DNA of 64,000 nt from Eledone cirrhosa (GCA_964016885.1 OZ024757.1:41044001-41108000), one strand, 5' to 3'. Counted from the first letter of the stretch, positions 26,328-40,854 are shown. The notes: a model not told the origin generated them from the letters alone. Translations and numbers: made by a program.

Positions 26328-26344
26328 ATGTGTGTGTATGTATG

Positions 26345-26385
<41 letters not shown>

Positions 26386-26465
26386 CACATACATGTAGAT
26401 ACATACTCATGGATGCATGGATGCATGCATAATTAAATGTATTGCATGTGTGCAGTATACACATT

Positions 26466-26506
<41 letters not shown>

Positions 26507-26832
26507 TATAAATATATATACATATATAGAAAGATTTATATGTATATCTGTATGTATATATGTATATTATGTAAGAAATAGATATATATATTACTTAGTT
26601 TGGTTTTAATATATACAGAATGCATATGAAATATATAATATAATATATACCATATCTTTTATATTTTATAAATATTGTATTAAAAAAATACGAATTTGGC
26701 ATATTTATATATTATATATGGGATATATTAAAAACCTATATATGTGTGTGTATATATATATATATATATATAAATGGATATATATATATATGTGTGTGTG
26801 TATATATATATATATAAATGGATATATATATA

Positions 26833-26866
<34 letters not shown>

Positions 26867-26896
26867 AATGTATATATATATATATATATATATTTG

Positions 26897-26940
<44 letters not shown>

Positions 26941-26992
26941 CATATAAATATATAAATATAAATATATATATATATTATTATTACTATATATA

Positions 26993-27166
<174 letters not shown>

Positions 27167-29116
27167 GTGTTTATATGAAATACGTATTTGCTGCTGAAAT
27201 TGAAACTTGTTTATTCGTTTTCATTTAAACCACTATTGGCAGAATTCTTAGAAATTCTGCCGCAGGAATTAGATATCAATGTTGACAGCAGTATACTGAG
27301 AAGAAACAAAAATATTAGGAACAGTTCTGCTATTAGAAGCACCAGCAGCACCACCACTACCAGCAGCAGCAGCACCACCACCACCACCAGCAACACCAAC
27401 ACAACCAACCCCACCAGTAGTAACAACAACAAGAACAACAACAGTGGCTAATAGAAAAAGGAAAAAAATATCCTCAAAACTGTTTACAGTGAAATTCAAG
27501 TCACAATATGTTCTTTAATGGGCCTCAATCAGTTCTATGATGACTGTTCCAGTTGATTGAACAACAGAACTTCCAGGTTTTAAGGGTGGACATGATGTAC
27601 ATATATAATGTGTATATATAATGCATGTATATGTTGTGACGTCACTGGTACCAAGCTATATCAACAGTTAAACACACATAGGAATAATAAGGTTGTTACC
27701 AAAGAGCCAGAAGATTGACAAGTTGACCCTAAATATGACTAATAGCTCTAGGAAAGCCATGAATGTCACCACATTATCTGTTTAACTTTGATTTTGAAAG
27801 TAGGTTTATAATTATTCATTTTCATTATACTTTTGTAGCTGTCTCGGCGGCCTAGTGGGAGGAATCATAGACGTTGGTGATCCTGGTCTGAAGTTCGGTC
27901 ATGGTCGGGAGTAGGGTTCCCGGTAAATCTTTTCAGTTTGTTTCTATGGGATGTAAAATAAAAACTGAAAAAAACTACAAATACCTCTCGACAAGGATTG
28001 AACCCAAGACTAGGTTCTCCACCGTCTCTAATACCTATCGCTTGGCCACTGAGAAAACTACGAAAGTCTACTAAAAATTCATATTTATAAACCTACTTTC
28101 AAAATTTTTAATTGGTTTGCCAATTGGCAACTTGGCAACCTAGCCAGTCCGCCACTGTATATATGTATATATATCTGTGTGCGTGAGAGAGAAAGGGGGG
28201 AGAGTGCATGTGTCTGTTTGTGTTTGTGAATGACAGAAGTACCCTGGTGATTTATTAAAGCATATGGGTAATAAATCATTAACCACTTCATAATTATTTA
28301 TTTAGTAAAATAAACTCTATTTCAATTAATTAATGAAGAATCTTGCGGGATTTACTAAAATTATTGATTATTTCCTTACTAAGGTAGCAACTTAACATGT
28401 GATTCTTCTATAAAATTATCTTGGAAGATTTTGTTTTAAATAGAAACCCTTTAAAATGGATGGCTTTCTTTAAATCAAAATCTTCCAACATAATTATGTG
28501 AGATAAAGTGTTTATCGGGAAAATACAATAGTAAATATGAATTAATATAAATGCTAAAGTGTTAAATAGAAAAACCCTTTAAAATAGGTGCTTTTTTTTT
28601 AATAGAACCAGGGCTGGTTTAGGCAAATTTGATATCAAAATAATTAATGAAGAATTTTGAATGATTTATAAAAATTATTCATTATTTCATTATTGAGGTT
28701 AACTTTGCCTTTCATCCTTACGGGGTCGATAAAATAAAGTACCAGTAATGTACTGGGGTAATTGCTGGCCTTGTGTCAAAAGTAGAAACAATTATTTCAT
28801 TACTAAGATGATGTTTTAACTTTTGATTCTTATATAACAATATGTTGGAAGATTTTTATATAAATAGAAACTTTTAAAATGGATGGTTTTGTTTCGTAGA
28901 ACCAGAGCTAATTTTGGCCCTGTTGGTATCAAAAAGGTGTTTAATAGGAACCCTTTAAAATAGTTGGTTTTGTTTCATAGAACCAGAAATATTTTGATCC
29001 AGGATGGTATAAAAAGGGTTAGATTGGAACCCTTTAAAAAGGGTAATGACAAATTACAGAAAACAGAATCTAACATTCACAGCGTCCAGCATGTATGTCT
29101 GTGTTTGTGTGTTGAT

Positions 29117-29302
29117 AATAATTGTTTCTACTTTTGACACAAGGCCAACAATTACCCAGTGTATTACTGGTACTTTATTTTATCAACCCTGTAAGGTTGA
29201 AAGGCAAAGTTAACCTCAGCGGGATTTGAACTCAGATCATAAAGTGGCATAACTCTATGCTGCAAAGCATGGCGTCCGACCCTCAACCAATACTGCCAAT
29301 CA
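29117..29302 (-). mobile_element. tRNA-derived SINE
   Basis: Same family; a partial plus-strand copy lies at 28695-28796. Confidence 0.85.
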
Positions 29303-29908
29303 ATAATATACTCACTGACAACCAAAAATTTGAAAAAAATAATAAACAACCTTCGGCCTCCAGGACACAGGGTAGATTTTTGAGACTTATTTTAAGAAAA
29401 AAGTAGCATCTTTGACACCGGGAAATACGGTACCTAAAATGACACAGTGTATTTTAACAGCACATATTTTTGAAGAATGGGGTATTGAAATTTAATTATA
29501 TTGAAAATAAACCCAATTCTTGGCTTCTGTTAATGTAAAGAGAAACACCTTTATCCCTTCAGCTATCAGTTTGACATCTTAATCATTAGTTTGACCAAAT
29601 AAAAATGTCACAATGAAACCTCTTTAACCCATCTGATTCTAAATCATCTGAAGCGCTACCCTCCTTTGGTTTTATGACACAAAACTGTTTGTTTGAATTA
29701 ATTCAAAACTCCCATCATAATTTTATGTAAGAACCTTTGTTAAGTTACATTCCAAACACTAGCTTGAAAATGAGAAGAGATAATTATATCATAGTACTAA
29801 ATTCTTTACAAAATCTTTATTATTTTGAAAATTAGCAGAGGTGACTAATTCCTTTAGCAACCTGGTGATATGTATATATATGTGTGTGTATGTATACATG
29901 TGTTTGTG

Positions 29909-29940
<32 letters not shown>

Positions 29941-29982
29941 TGTATACATATACACATGTATACATATATATATATATATATA

Positions 29983-30155
29983 AAAAGGGTCAAGACCCCG
30001 ACGGCAGAGCTCAAGCCATTTCGACGGCTACTTCAGTCCAGAAATAGCCGTCGAAACGGCTTGAGCTATGCTGTCGGGGTCTTAACCCTTTTCCTATTAC
30101 CCATGCAACTACCCAAAGTATCGAGTACTCTGGTGCGTTATGGTCCACCAAACTA
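29983..30155 (+). mobile_element. Fold-back island, family C (3' half of an HHR)
   Basis: Arms 29983-30030/30045-30092; GAAA cggc..gctg TC ggggtc; tcgagtactc at 30121. Confidence 0.7.
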
Positions 30156-30156
30156 A

Positions 30157-30475
30157 ATTTGTGAACCAAGGTTCTACTATATGATAACGAAAGAGTTTTT
30201 AAAAGGTCTTCAGAAACAAACTTTGTGAACCAAGATTCCACTATATGTTAATGATGAAAGGGTTTTTAGAAGCCCTTCAGAAACAAAATAAGTTTTTGAA
30301 CTGAGGTTTTGCTATCTGTCAATGAAAAGGTTTTTAAAAGGCCTTCAGAAATAAATTCAATTCGTGAACTGAAGTTCGACTACATGTTAACAAAAATGTT
30401 TTTAAAAGGACTTCAGTAAGGAATTAAGTTCGTGAACCAAGATTCCACTATATGTTAATGAAAGGGTGTTAAAAA
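30157..30475. repeat. Degenerate ~63-70-bp tandem repeat, about 5 copies
   Basis: Recurring gtgaaccaag-ttc-actatatg...ttttaaaagg-cttcagaaa. Confidence 0.75.
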
Positions 30476-31100
30476 ATGTCATACATAAAATATGAATTCT
30501 AAAACTAAAGCTGCACCATTATTACTGTTCTGCTGCAACGATTTTCAACAATGTTATTCTCTTTTATTACATAGTTTGATGCTAGTCATTTTGAATATGT
30601 CTGCAAATTCTAAAGACACACCTGATAAAACAAGTGAAAAGAATAGCTTTTTTTTCCTCTTGCCAAAATCTGTGTGTTGCTTGTATAGATAAAAATGTAA
30701 GAGTTAGCAAAGGGGAAAGGTCATTCAACAGTCAGAATCTATGGAAATAATGTATCAGTTGTTTGTTGTACTTTTCTTTCATTAAACAGACACTGTTAGA
30801 ATGACCAATAGATTTCTATAGTTAACTTTACATTTCTTTTCAATGCTGACTTCCGATCTTTGCTACACTGAAATCATTGCTAAAAACTTTGGTTTGGTTT
30901 ATTTCACTTTCACCATTCTACATCCCTTCTCTCCTACCCCACTGGCCATCTTCAGCTGCCCTCATACACACATATACTTTATAGAACAGACAGACCTACA
31001 CCATTGTATGTCTTTCTCACCTACCCCAGTGGCCATCTTCAGTTCCCCCACCTCACCCTCACACACTCACACACATACACACTTCCACTATCCCACCACC

Positions 31101-31153
<53 letters not shown>

Positions 31154-31751
31154 AAGTATATATATGTATATATATATATATAAAGTATATATATATAAGA
31201 TAGATATATATATATATCATCATCATCCTCATTGTTTAACGTCTATCTTCCATGCTAGCATGGGTTAGACGGGTTTGTCCCATTTGAAGCAAGATTAGTC
31301 GGGTGATCGTTCTTGCTTGTATAGAACTATTTAAATATATATATATATATAAAAATATAAGTGTATATATATGTGTACATATATATAAATGTATATATAT
31401 TTTTTGTGTATATATAGATATAAAAATATAAATAAATATAAGTATATGTATATGTGTGTGTGTACCTGAGTGACTTATGCTCGATGGGTGTACATTGAAA
31501 ACAAACAACAATACAGCAAATAATTTTTAAAATAATGTAAAATACACCTCGAAATATATAGTGTCCTCTCTGATTGTCATAATCTATTAATACAAGCTTG
31601 GCCTCCCCAACAACTCTGTATGAAATATTATCTTAAGCAATATTCCTCTAAAGAAACATTTACTAACAGTTCTTGTTGCCATTTTCAATAAATGAACATC
31701 TTAAATTACATTTCTTGTTTTTCTTTTCAGAAGGTGCATTGGAGGATTAAT

Positions 31752-32120
31752 CCTTTAGCATTTAAACCAATTTTATCTGGTCAGAATGATCTCACCTCTT
31801 TCTGTTTGAACCAGCTATATCTGGTGGGAATTCTCTCACCTCTTTCTGTTCAAACTGGTTGTGACTGGCCAGAATTCTCTCACCTCTTTCTGTTCAAACT
31901 GGCTGTAACTGGCCAGAATTCTCTCACCTCTTTCTGTTCTAACTGGTTTTAACTGGCCAGAATTCTCTCACCTCTTTCTGTTCAAACTGGTTTTAACTGG
32001 CCAGAATTCTCTCAGCTCTTTCTGTTCAAACTGGCTGTAACTGGCCAGAATTCTCTCACCTCTTTCTGTTCAAACTGGCTGTAACTGGCCAGAATTCCCT
32101 CACCTCTTTCTGTTCAAACC
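31752..32120. repeat. 44-bp minisatellite inside a family E MITE
   Basis: ggccagaattctctcacctctttctgttcaaactggctgtaact, about 8 copies, after a TTAA-tcctttagcattta terminus. Confidence 0.9.
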
Positions 32121-32194
32121 GTATTTGTTCCAACTATCTGTGGTATTGTTCCAACTATCTGTATACTCTTAGTTCATTAATGGTGCTAGTAATA

Positions 32195-32640
32195 AGGTAA
32201 ATGGTAAAGACCCCCTTTGGTCACAAATGACCATAGGGTTTGCACCTAGAAAGTTCCCTCTCCAAGAAAACAAAGACCATCTTTGGTCACAAATGACAAT
32301 AGGGTTTGCACCTAGAAAGTTCCCTTTCCAAGACACAAAGACCATCTTTGGTCACAAATGACCATAGGGTTTGCACCTAGGAAGTTCCCTCTCCAAGACA
32401 CAAAGATCATCTTTGGTCTAAATGACCATAGGGTTTGCACCTAGGAAGTTCCCTCTCCAAGACACAAAGACCCCCTTTGGTCACAAATGACCATAGGGTT
32501 TGCACCTAGAAAGTTCGGCTGCACAAGTCCAGGTAAGGTTGTTTGTGAAAGACCAGCAGTCACACATACATACCACTGTACCTTCTACACATCACTGATG
32601 TCGTCCAAGGGAAAGGCAACGGCTGATACAGCTTGACATC
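32195..32640 (-). repeat. ~65-bp tandem repeat (5 copies) in a probable SINE 3' region
   Basis: Units at 32206, 32272, 32337, 32402, 32466; tttacc-type tail on the minus strand. Confidence 0.75.
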
Positions 32641-32988
32641 ACAACTCGTATATACCCTATATATACATTATATACACACTATGTAGAGTATATATATGAT
32701 ACAGCTTGGAACCTATGATGTTGCAAATCATATATACACCACCACCACCTACACCACCACCACCACCTACACCACCACCACCACCACCTACACCACCACC
32801 ACCACCACCACCACCTACACCACCACTCCCCCTACTATCTTTCATTACTCTCTATTTACTCTATATATCTTTAAGACAGTTAATTAAAAATTATTCCTAT
32901 TTTATGACATCTAACTTCCTCTTATAGACAACAGCCTCACATCCTCCACCACACCTACACACCACCTGGCCACCATTGCTGTTGCTGC

Positions 32989-33130
32989 AGTAGTAGTAGT
33001 AGTAGTAGTAGTGGTAGTGGTAGTGGTAGTAGTAGTAGTAGTAGAAGTAGTGGTAGTGGTAGTGGTAGTAGTAGTAGTAGAAGTAGTGGTAGTGGTAGTA
33101 GTAGTAGTAGAAGTAGTAGTAGTGGTAGTG

Positions 33131-33169
<39 letters not shown>

Positions 33170-33234
33170 AATGTAGTAGTAGTAGTAGTAGTAGTAGTAA
33201 CTGTAGTAGTAGTAGTAGTAGTAGCAGTAGCAGC

Positions 33235-33286
<52 letters not shown>

Positions 33287-33295
33287 GTAGTAGTG

Positions 33296-33329
<34 letters not shown>

Positions 33330-33385
33330 AAGTAGTGGTAGTAGTAGTAGTAGTAGTAGTAGTAGAAGTAGTGGTAGTGGTAGTG

Positions 33386-33423
<38 letters not shown>

Positions 33424-33496
33424 TACACCTGCCAACAAACAGGTAGACAAAATGTCTCCGATTCTATTGCTGTAATTGCTTTTATTAGCAATAACA

Positions 33497-33541
<45 letters not shown>

Positions 33542-33548
33542 CACCACC

Positions 33549-33613
<65 letters not shown>

Positions 33614-33623
33614 CACCACCACC

Positions 33624-33697
<74 letters not shown>

Positions 33698-33719
33698 TAC
33701 TACCACCACCACCACCACC

Positions 33720-33791
<72 letters not shown>

Positions 33792-33820
33792 GCTGCTACT
33801 ACTGCTGCTGCTACTACTAC
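32989..33820. repeat. (TAG/TGG)n array followed by an inverted (CTA/CCA)n array
   Basis: 32989-33422 and 33497-33820, directly visible. Confidence 0.95.
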
Positions 33821-33828
33821 TTCTACTG

Positions 33829-34026
33829 GTAATTGTTCCTGATTTAAGCACAAGGCCAGCAATGTTAGCAGATGGGGAAAGTCGATTTAAATCACCCAGT
33901 ACATTACTGGTACTCTATTTTATCCACTCCGCAAGCTAACTCGATAGGATTCGGACTCAACATAAAGGGCTGCAATTCTAAATAGGAAAAGCATGTTGTC
34001 AGACACTCTACCGATTCTGCCAATCT
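33829..34026 (-). mobile_element. tRNA-derived SINE, diverged
   Basis: Same family, long variant. Confidence 0.7.
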
Positions 34027-34200
34027 AGTGACGTTTACTAAACACTAATATAATACCAACAGTACTACAACTGGTGATAATGATGGTGATGATGATGATG
34101 GTGATGGTGATGGTGATGATGATGATGATGGTGATGGTGATGGTGATGGTAATGGTGATGGTGATGATGATGATGGTAATGGTGATTCTGATTTAGTTTT

Positions 34201-34288
34201 AGATTTCTACAGGACTAGAAATGTTTCATTCATATGAAAATCATCCTGATGATTTCATACAAATGAAACAATTCTAGTCTTGAAATCT
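34201..34288 (+). mobile_element. Family A fold-back with HHR core
   Basis: Imperfect palindrome homologous to 1628-1731; CTGATGA 34246-34252, GAAA 34265-34268, GTC 34277-34279. Confidence 0.65.
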
Positions 34289-34784
34289 GTGTCCTTACAC
34301 ACCAGTAGGGCCCATGCTAAAAGAAAATAGGAAGAAAAGACTTCAGTAACATCAAGTGAGATAGAAAGGGGAGACTTCCCTTCATCAAAAGCGAACCACA
34401 GATTGTTTAATACAGAGAAAACTGGGGAATGTTTTGATGAAATTTAGGTCCCTATAGACACTGGGGAGGCCCATGCTTGAATAAAATAGAAAGAAAGGAC
34501 TTTAAAAACATCTAGTGAGATAGACAGAGGAGACTTCAATCGTCAGAGGAGAATGACAAATTATTTAATATAGGGAAAGGTGCTGAATATTTTGATGAAA
34601 CCTGGCTCCCTTCAGACAGCAGGGCGTCTCTGGTAGAAGAAAAGAGATAAGAAGACAATCAACATTGAGATAATTTCTCGGATTGGGAAAGCTCAAGGTT
34701 AAAATGACAAATATACAAACAGATACTATTGTCATTAAAAGAAAAGAAATATATGTAAATATATTTAAATATGTTTAAATGCAT

Positions 34785-34830
<46 letters not shown>

Positions 34831-34841
34831 GAGAGAGAGAA

Positions 34842-34872
<31 letters not shown>

Positions 34873-34913
34873 TAGATGCACACACACACACACACACACA
34901 CAGACATATATAT

Positions 34914-34960
<47 letters not shown>

Positions 34961-35075
34961 TATATATATATATGTGTGTGTATATATATATATAGGTATA
35001 TATACATATATATGTATATATGTATGTATATATATATGTGTACACCACATATATATATGTGTGTATGAATATATA

Positions 35076-35116
<41 letters not shown>

Positions 35117-35671
35117 GAGAGAGAGTGAGTGATACATATAAATATGGATATATAATCACACACATATATATATATATATATACACACACATACATATTTA
35201 TATACATTTATATATTAATATTTGTATATATACACACATATAAATATATGCATGAGTGTGTGTGCACACATGTGTATGTATGTGTCCGTGAGTGGGTATA
35301 TACACACAGGTGTGTATATCTGTGTAATGTATGCTTACAAACTCCACCTGAGCTGCCATAAATTCAATTCAAAAATTGAATTTCAATTTTTGTCTACTTT
35401 TCTGTATAAATTTCATTTCTACTCACTTAGATATTTTCCAGAAAATAAAACCAAACGCAAAAGTGATAGTGAAAGTAGCTTCTGCTGCTTGTTGTTGGTT
35501 ATTGTTATATAGGACGAGATTTTTAGCTGCCAGAATGTAATGTCACCTGAATTGGAAAACGAAAGCAAGTAAAATATAAAGAAGCCATGATTTCCCACAG
35601 GAATTACACCCAATTAAAACCTATCAACTACATACTGCATATACATATCGATTATGTGTATATGTGTGCGT

Positions 35672-35706
<35 letters not shown>

Positions 35707-35809
35707 GGTATGCATATTTGTGTGTATGTATGTATATATATCTATATATATATAAATATATATATATGCATATACATATATATATATACACATATATATG
35801 TATATATAT

Positions 35810-35841
<32 letters not shown>

Positions 35842-35852
35842 TATGTATATAT

Positions 35853-35885
<33 letters not shown>

Positions 35886-35929
35886 ATGTATATTTGTATG
35901 TATGTATATATATATATATATTCATATGT

Positions 35930-35999
<70 letters not shown>

Positions 36000-36267
36000 T
36001 CATATGTACACACACACACACACACATTTATATATATATATATGTGTGTATATATGGATCTGTGTATGTATGTACATATCTATATATATGTGTATCCTTA
36101 TATCTGATGTAACTTTTCAGATCTATTTAACTCTGTTACATATTTATCCTAATGGACTTCTCCCGAAACAGTTGCCAATTACATAACATTGTTAATTGCT
36201 GAGTGAGCTCATTATTTGATTTGGGCACATGTACAGAACTGTCAGAACATATTGCATTAAATATCCT

Positions 36268-37652
36268 AATCATCATCATCATCATCATCATCATTGTTTT
36301 TTCTGTCTGTTTTTCCATGTTTGCATGGGTTGGATGGATCTTATTCAGCATAGCAACTCCCCACTCTGCGTGTTCCTTCATCATCGCCTCTGCGAGTCTC
36401 AGTGATTTGATATCAGCTCTCACAACCTCTGCCCAGGTCTTCCTTGGGCTACCTCTACTGTGGCTTTCATCTCCTCACTCTCCATGCTCCTTCAACAATA
36501 TCCTCTGTGAGTCTCAGTGATTTGATATCAGCTCTCACAACCTCTGCCCAGGTCTTCCTTGGGCTACCTCTACTGTGGCTTTCATCTCCTCACTCTCCAT
36601 GCTCCTTCAACAATATCCTCTGTGAGTCTCAGTGATTTGATATCAGCTCTCACAACCTCTGCCCAGGTCTTCCTTGGGCTACCTCTACTGTGGCTTTCAT
36701 CTCCTCACTCTCCATGCTCCTTCAGCAATATCCTCTGTGAGTCTCAGTGATTTGATATCAGCTCTCACAACCTCTGCCCAGGTCTTCCTTGGGCTACCTC
36801 TACTGTGGCTTTCATCTCCTCACTCTCCATGCTCCTTCAACAATATCCTCTGTGAGTCTCAGTGATTTGATATCAGCTCTCACAACCTCTGCCCAGGTCT
36901 TCCTTGGGCTACCTCTACTGTGGCTTTCATCTCCTCACTCTCCATGCTCCTTCAACAATATCCTCTGTGAGTCTCAGTGATTTGATATCAGCTCTCACAA
37001 CCTCCGTCCGCATCTTTCATGGGATAATTCTACTGTGTCTTGCATTTCTCTACTTGCCACATTCCTTCATCATCCCCTGTGGGAGTCTCTGTGATTTGAT
37101 ATCAGCTCTCACAACCTCTGCCCAAGCCTTCCTTGGACTAACTCTACTCTGGCTTGCAGCTCTCCCCTCTCCAAGTTGCTTCATCATCCCCTGTGTGAGT
37201 CTCTGTGATTTGAGGTCAGCCCTTACCACCTCTGCCCAGGTCTTTCTTGGTCTAACTCAACTATGGCTTGCATTTCTCTACTTACCATGTTCCTTCGTCA
37301 TCTCCTCTGTGAATTTCACTTTGCTCTTACAACTTCTACCCAGGTTTTTCTTGGTTTACCTATATTAATGTGGCTTGTATCTCTCCACACTGAGCATTTC
37401 TACATCATCTCTGAGTCTCAGTCATTTGAAATTAGCTTCCTCCACCTCTGCCCAGATTTTTATTGGTCTACCTCTACCAAGACTTCCTTCCATTGAGATT
37501 TCCTGGCATTTCTTCACCCAACAATCATCATTCATGTGCATCACATGTCCATACCAAGACAATCTTCTCTCTTGTACACCAGCTCAGATACCTCTAAAAC
37601 CCAGCTTCTCCCTCGGTTATTCCAAGCTCTGCCTTTCTTTCACATTTACACC
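36268..37652 (-). mobile_element. RTE-like LINE 3' fragment with an internal 115-bp tandem array
   Basis: (CAT)n tail at 36268-36293; five near-identical 115-bp units (~36393-36985) grade into diverged units; LINE sequence resumes at ~37440-37650. Confidence 0.85.
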
Positions 37653-37845
37653 GTGGTATAATAATTAGAGAGAGAGAGAGAGAGAGAGAGAGAAATTGAG
37701 AAACAATGAACAAACCCCAGTGAATTACTGGTGTTTTATTCATCAACCTAGAAAGGCTAAAATGTTGACCTCACACTGACTTCAACTCAGAGTGTGGCAA
37801 AGAGGATGAAATAAGATATTTGGATGGATAGAGAGATAGATAGAT

Positions 37846-37914
<69 letters not shown>

Positions 37915-38032
37915 TAAATACAAATATATGAGAGAGAGACATATATATAAATATACAGAGAGAGAGAGAGTGCGAGAGAGAGGCAAGGGAGACGAAGAGA
38001 GTGTGGGATAGAAATATGTGTATGTGAGTGAT

Positions 38033-38110
<78 letters not shown>

Positions 38111-38238
38111 TGTGTGTGAAAGTAGGTATATAAAATACCTGAGGAAAATTGAATGTGATGTGAAATGGAAATAGCAACAAGAGATAAATGTATTTGGACA
38201 AAAATAGACTCACAACTTACAGAGGAAGCCGGCCAATG

Positions 38239-38278
<40 letters not shown>

Positions 38279-38474
38279 GTAATAATAATAATAACAATAA
38301 TAATAATAATAATAATAATCATGATGATAATAATAATAATGACAAAGAGGATAATAATACTAATAATAAATATAGTAGAACTAAACCAAACAGACAAGAA
38401 AGGGGGAAGGCATCATTTCTAGAAATATATATATATGTATGTATATTTATAAATATATATATATACAAATACAT

Positions 38475-38581
<107 letters not shown>

Positions 38582-38588
38582 AATATAA

Positions 38589-38657
<69 letters not shown>

Positions 38658-38666
38658 AATACATAT

Positions 38667-38769
<103 letters not shown>

Positions 38770-38778
38770 AATACATAT

Positions 38779-38867
<89 letters not shown>

Positions 38868-38894
38868 AATATAAATATATATATATACATATAA

Positions 38895-38944
<50 letters not shown>

Positions 38945-39645
38945 GTGTATATATCTATATATCTCATATATATTTACATATATATATATTATATATATTT
39001 ACATATATATATAGCACTATGATTTGCAATAAAATTTGCTGAAATTCTGTAGACTAGTTGCACCTTAACCTTTCCGAAACAGCTGTCGTTAAAGATTCAT
39101 GACAAAAGAGTAAGACTTATTTGTTATAATACAACTTTACAGTAGATATTTTATTTCACTTTGATGTTCCCATAGAAAAAGAAAAAGTGGCAGAGGTGGT
39201 GGTGGTGGCGGTGGTGGTGGTGGTGGTGTGGGGGGTGACGGGTGGCGGCGGCGGTGGGGGAGTATTTTGGTTTGAGAAACAAGATGAGGAATTGTACAAC
39301 ATTTGAAAAAGGATAATAAAAGGTAAGATAGTACATTTTTTTTTCTGAAGCTAGCTGAATGGGGAGAGAGATAGAGAGGGATAGAGAGAGGGAGAGCGAG
39401 GGAGAGAGAGAGGGAGAGAGAGGGAGAGAGAGAGGGAGAGAGAGTGAGAGAGAGAGGGAGAGAGAGAGGGAGAGAGAGAGAGTGGGAGATAGGGAGAAAG
39501 AGAGAGGGGGGTTTGGAGTGAGAAAGATAGACACAGAAAGAGGGAAGATAGGATAGTATAGTGTATATATATATATATATATATGTGTGTGTATCTCTAT
39601 ATATATATACATGTTTATATACATATGTATCTATATATGTATCTA

Positions 39646-39687
<42 letters not shown>

Positions 39688-39713
39688 AATGAAAGGTATA
39701 GAATTTACACACA

Positions 39714-39756
<43 letters not shown>

Positions 39757-40246
39757 ATGTGTATATAGCTAGTACTGGCACAACCAATACATTCTGAAGC
39801 CATAACAGACTTTCAGTTTATATTCCCTTACCATTATCATATCTAATGAGGAAGGCTTCTTCTTTACATATTCACCTTATATTTGTATTGGAAATATATA
39901 TATATAAATACACTCATATATATATATAAATACATTCATTAATATAACAATAGAAAGGACATTCAGCTTCATTAAATAATTTAAACTTTGAAACTTCTAT
40001 ATATTTTCTGACTTAATTTTTTTTTTCTTTAAATTAAAAATAAAATCATGATTTCACCCAGAGTCATTAATAGCTGAAGGTAAATTTTACTGATTTCAAT
40101 TATTTATTTTTTATATAAAACTAAGTGACGAAAAAACTTTGATGAAGTAAGCAATAATTAGTAATAAAAATAGAATGAAAAGGCAAAAATCAGAAAGTGT
40201 GTGTGTATTTATTGGCAATACTGGCAACGTGACAATCCCCAAATAT

Positions 40247-40332
<86 letters not shown>

Positions 40333-40348
40333 TTCCGTGTAACCATGT

Positions 40349-40398
40349 CCATTACGAGCTGAGGATCCGCTAAGGTGAAACAATTGTTCTCGGTATGG
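40349..40398 (+). ncRNA. Minimal hammerhead ribozyme with GUU site
   Basis: Stem I ccat-ta-cgag/ctcg-gt-atgg; CTGAGGA 40359-40365; short stem II cc-gctaa-gg; GAAA 40377-40380; acaattgt; ctgagtgctc at 40449. Island 40330-40494 lies in (TA)n. Confidence 0.72.
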
Positions 40399-40491
40399 TG
40401 AGTGAACTAACTGTTGTGTAACCACTTCTACCTAATTCGTCCCATGGACTGAGTGCTCTACCACTACGGATATTACCTTCCAGTGTTCTAC

Positions 40492-40526
<35 letters not shown>

Positions 40527-40557
40527 GATATAATGCTCTGAAATAGCGATATTTATG

Positions 40558-40854
40558 TGAAGACAAACACAGAATATTCGAAAATATTCTGTATGTTTAT
40601 AATAAACATTTTGAAGACCTAATCGCTATAGAATAGAATACGTCACGTATTACAATTTGAGATTCTCGATAAAAGCAAGGGAAGTAACCTACGCGTTTCA
40701 TTCTTATTAGAAATCATCAGGATTACATATCCAATGCTTTTATCGAGAATCTCAAATTGTAATACGTGACGTATTCTATTCTATAGCGATTAGGTCTTCA
40801 AAATGTTTATTATAAACATACAGAATATTTTCGAATATTCTGTGTTTGTCTTCA
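40558..40854. repeat. Perfect 120-bp inverted repeat with a 57-nt loop
   Basis: Arms 40558-40677 and 40735-40854. Confidence 0.92.
40684..40726 (-). ncRNA. Type-I minimal hammerhead ribozyme
   Basis: Minus strand: gtaatc CTGATGA t-ttct-aata-agaa-t GAAA cgcg TA ggttac; palindromic acgcgt stem III; GUA site. Confidence 0.85.

Noticed and set aside
27188-27499. Short ORFs with a signal-peptide-like or Gly-rich stretch
   Set aside because: Driven by (CAC/CAG/AAC)n repeats; no recognisable domain or clear splice structure.
32911-33862. Mucin-like poly-Thr, poly-Val and Ser/Gly ORFs
   Set aside because: (TAG)n and (CTA)n arrays, open in multiple frames.
34290-34640. ~159-bp duplicated unit as a repetitive coding exon
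   Set aside because: Stops in all three plus-strand frames; treated as an old tandem duplication.
39820-39900. ctaatga...gaaatatata as an HHR
   Set aside because: Core is mutated and stems I and II do not pair convincingly.
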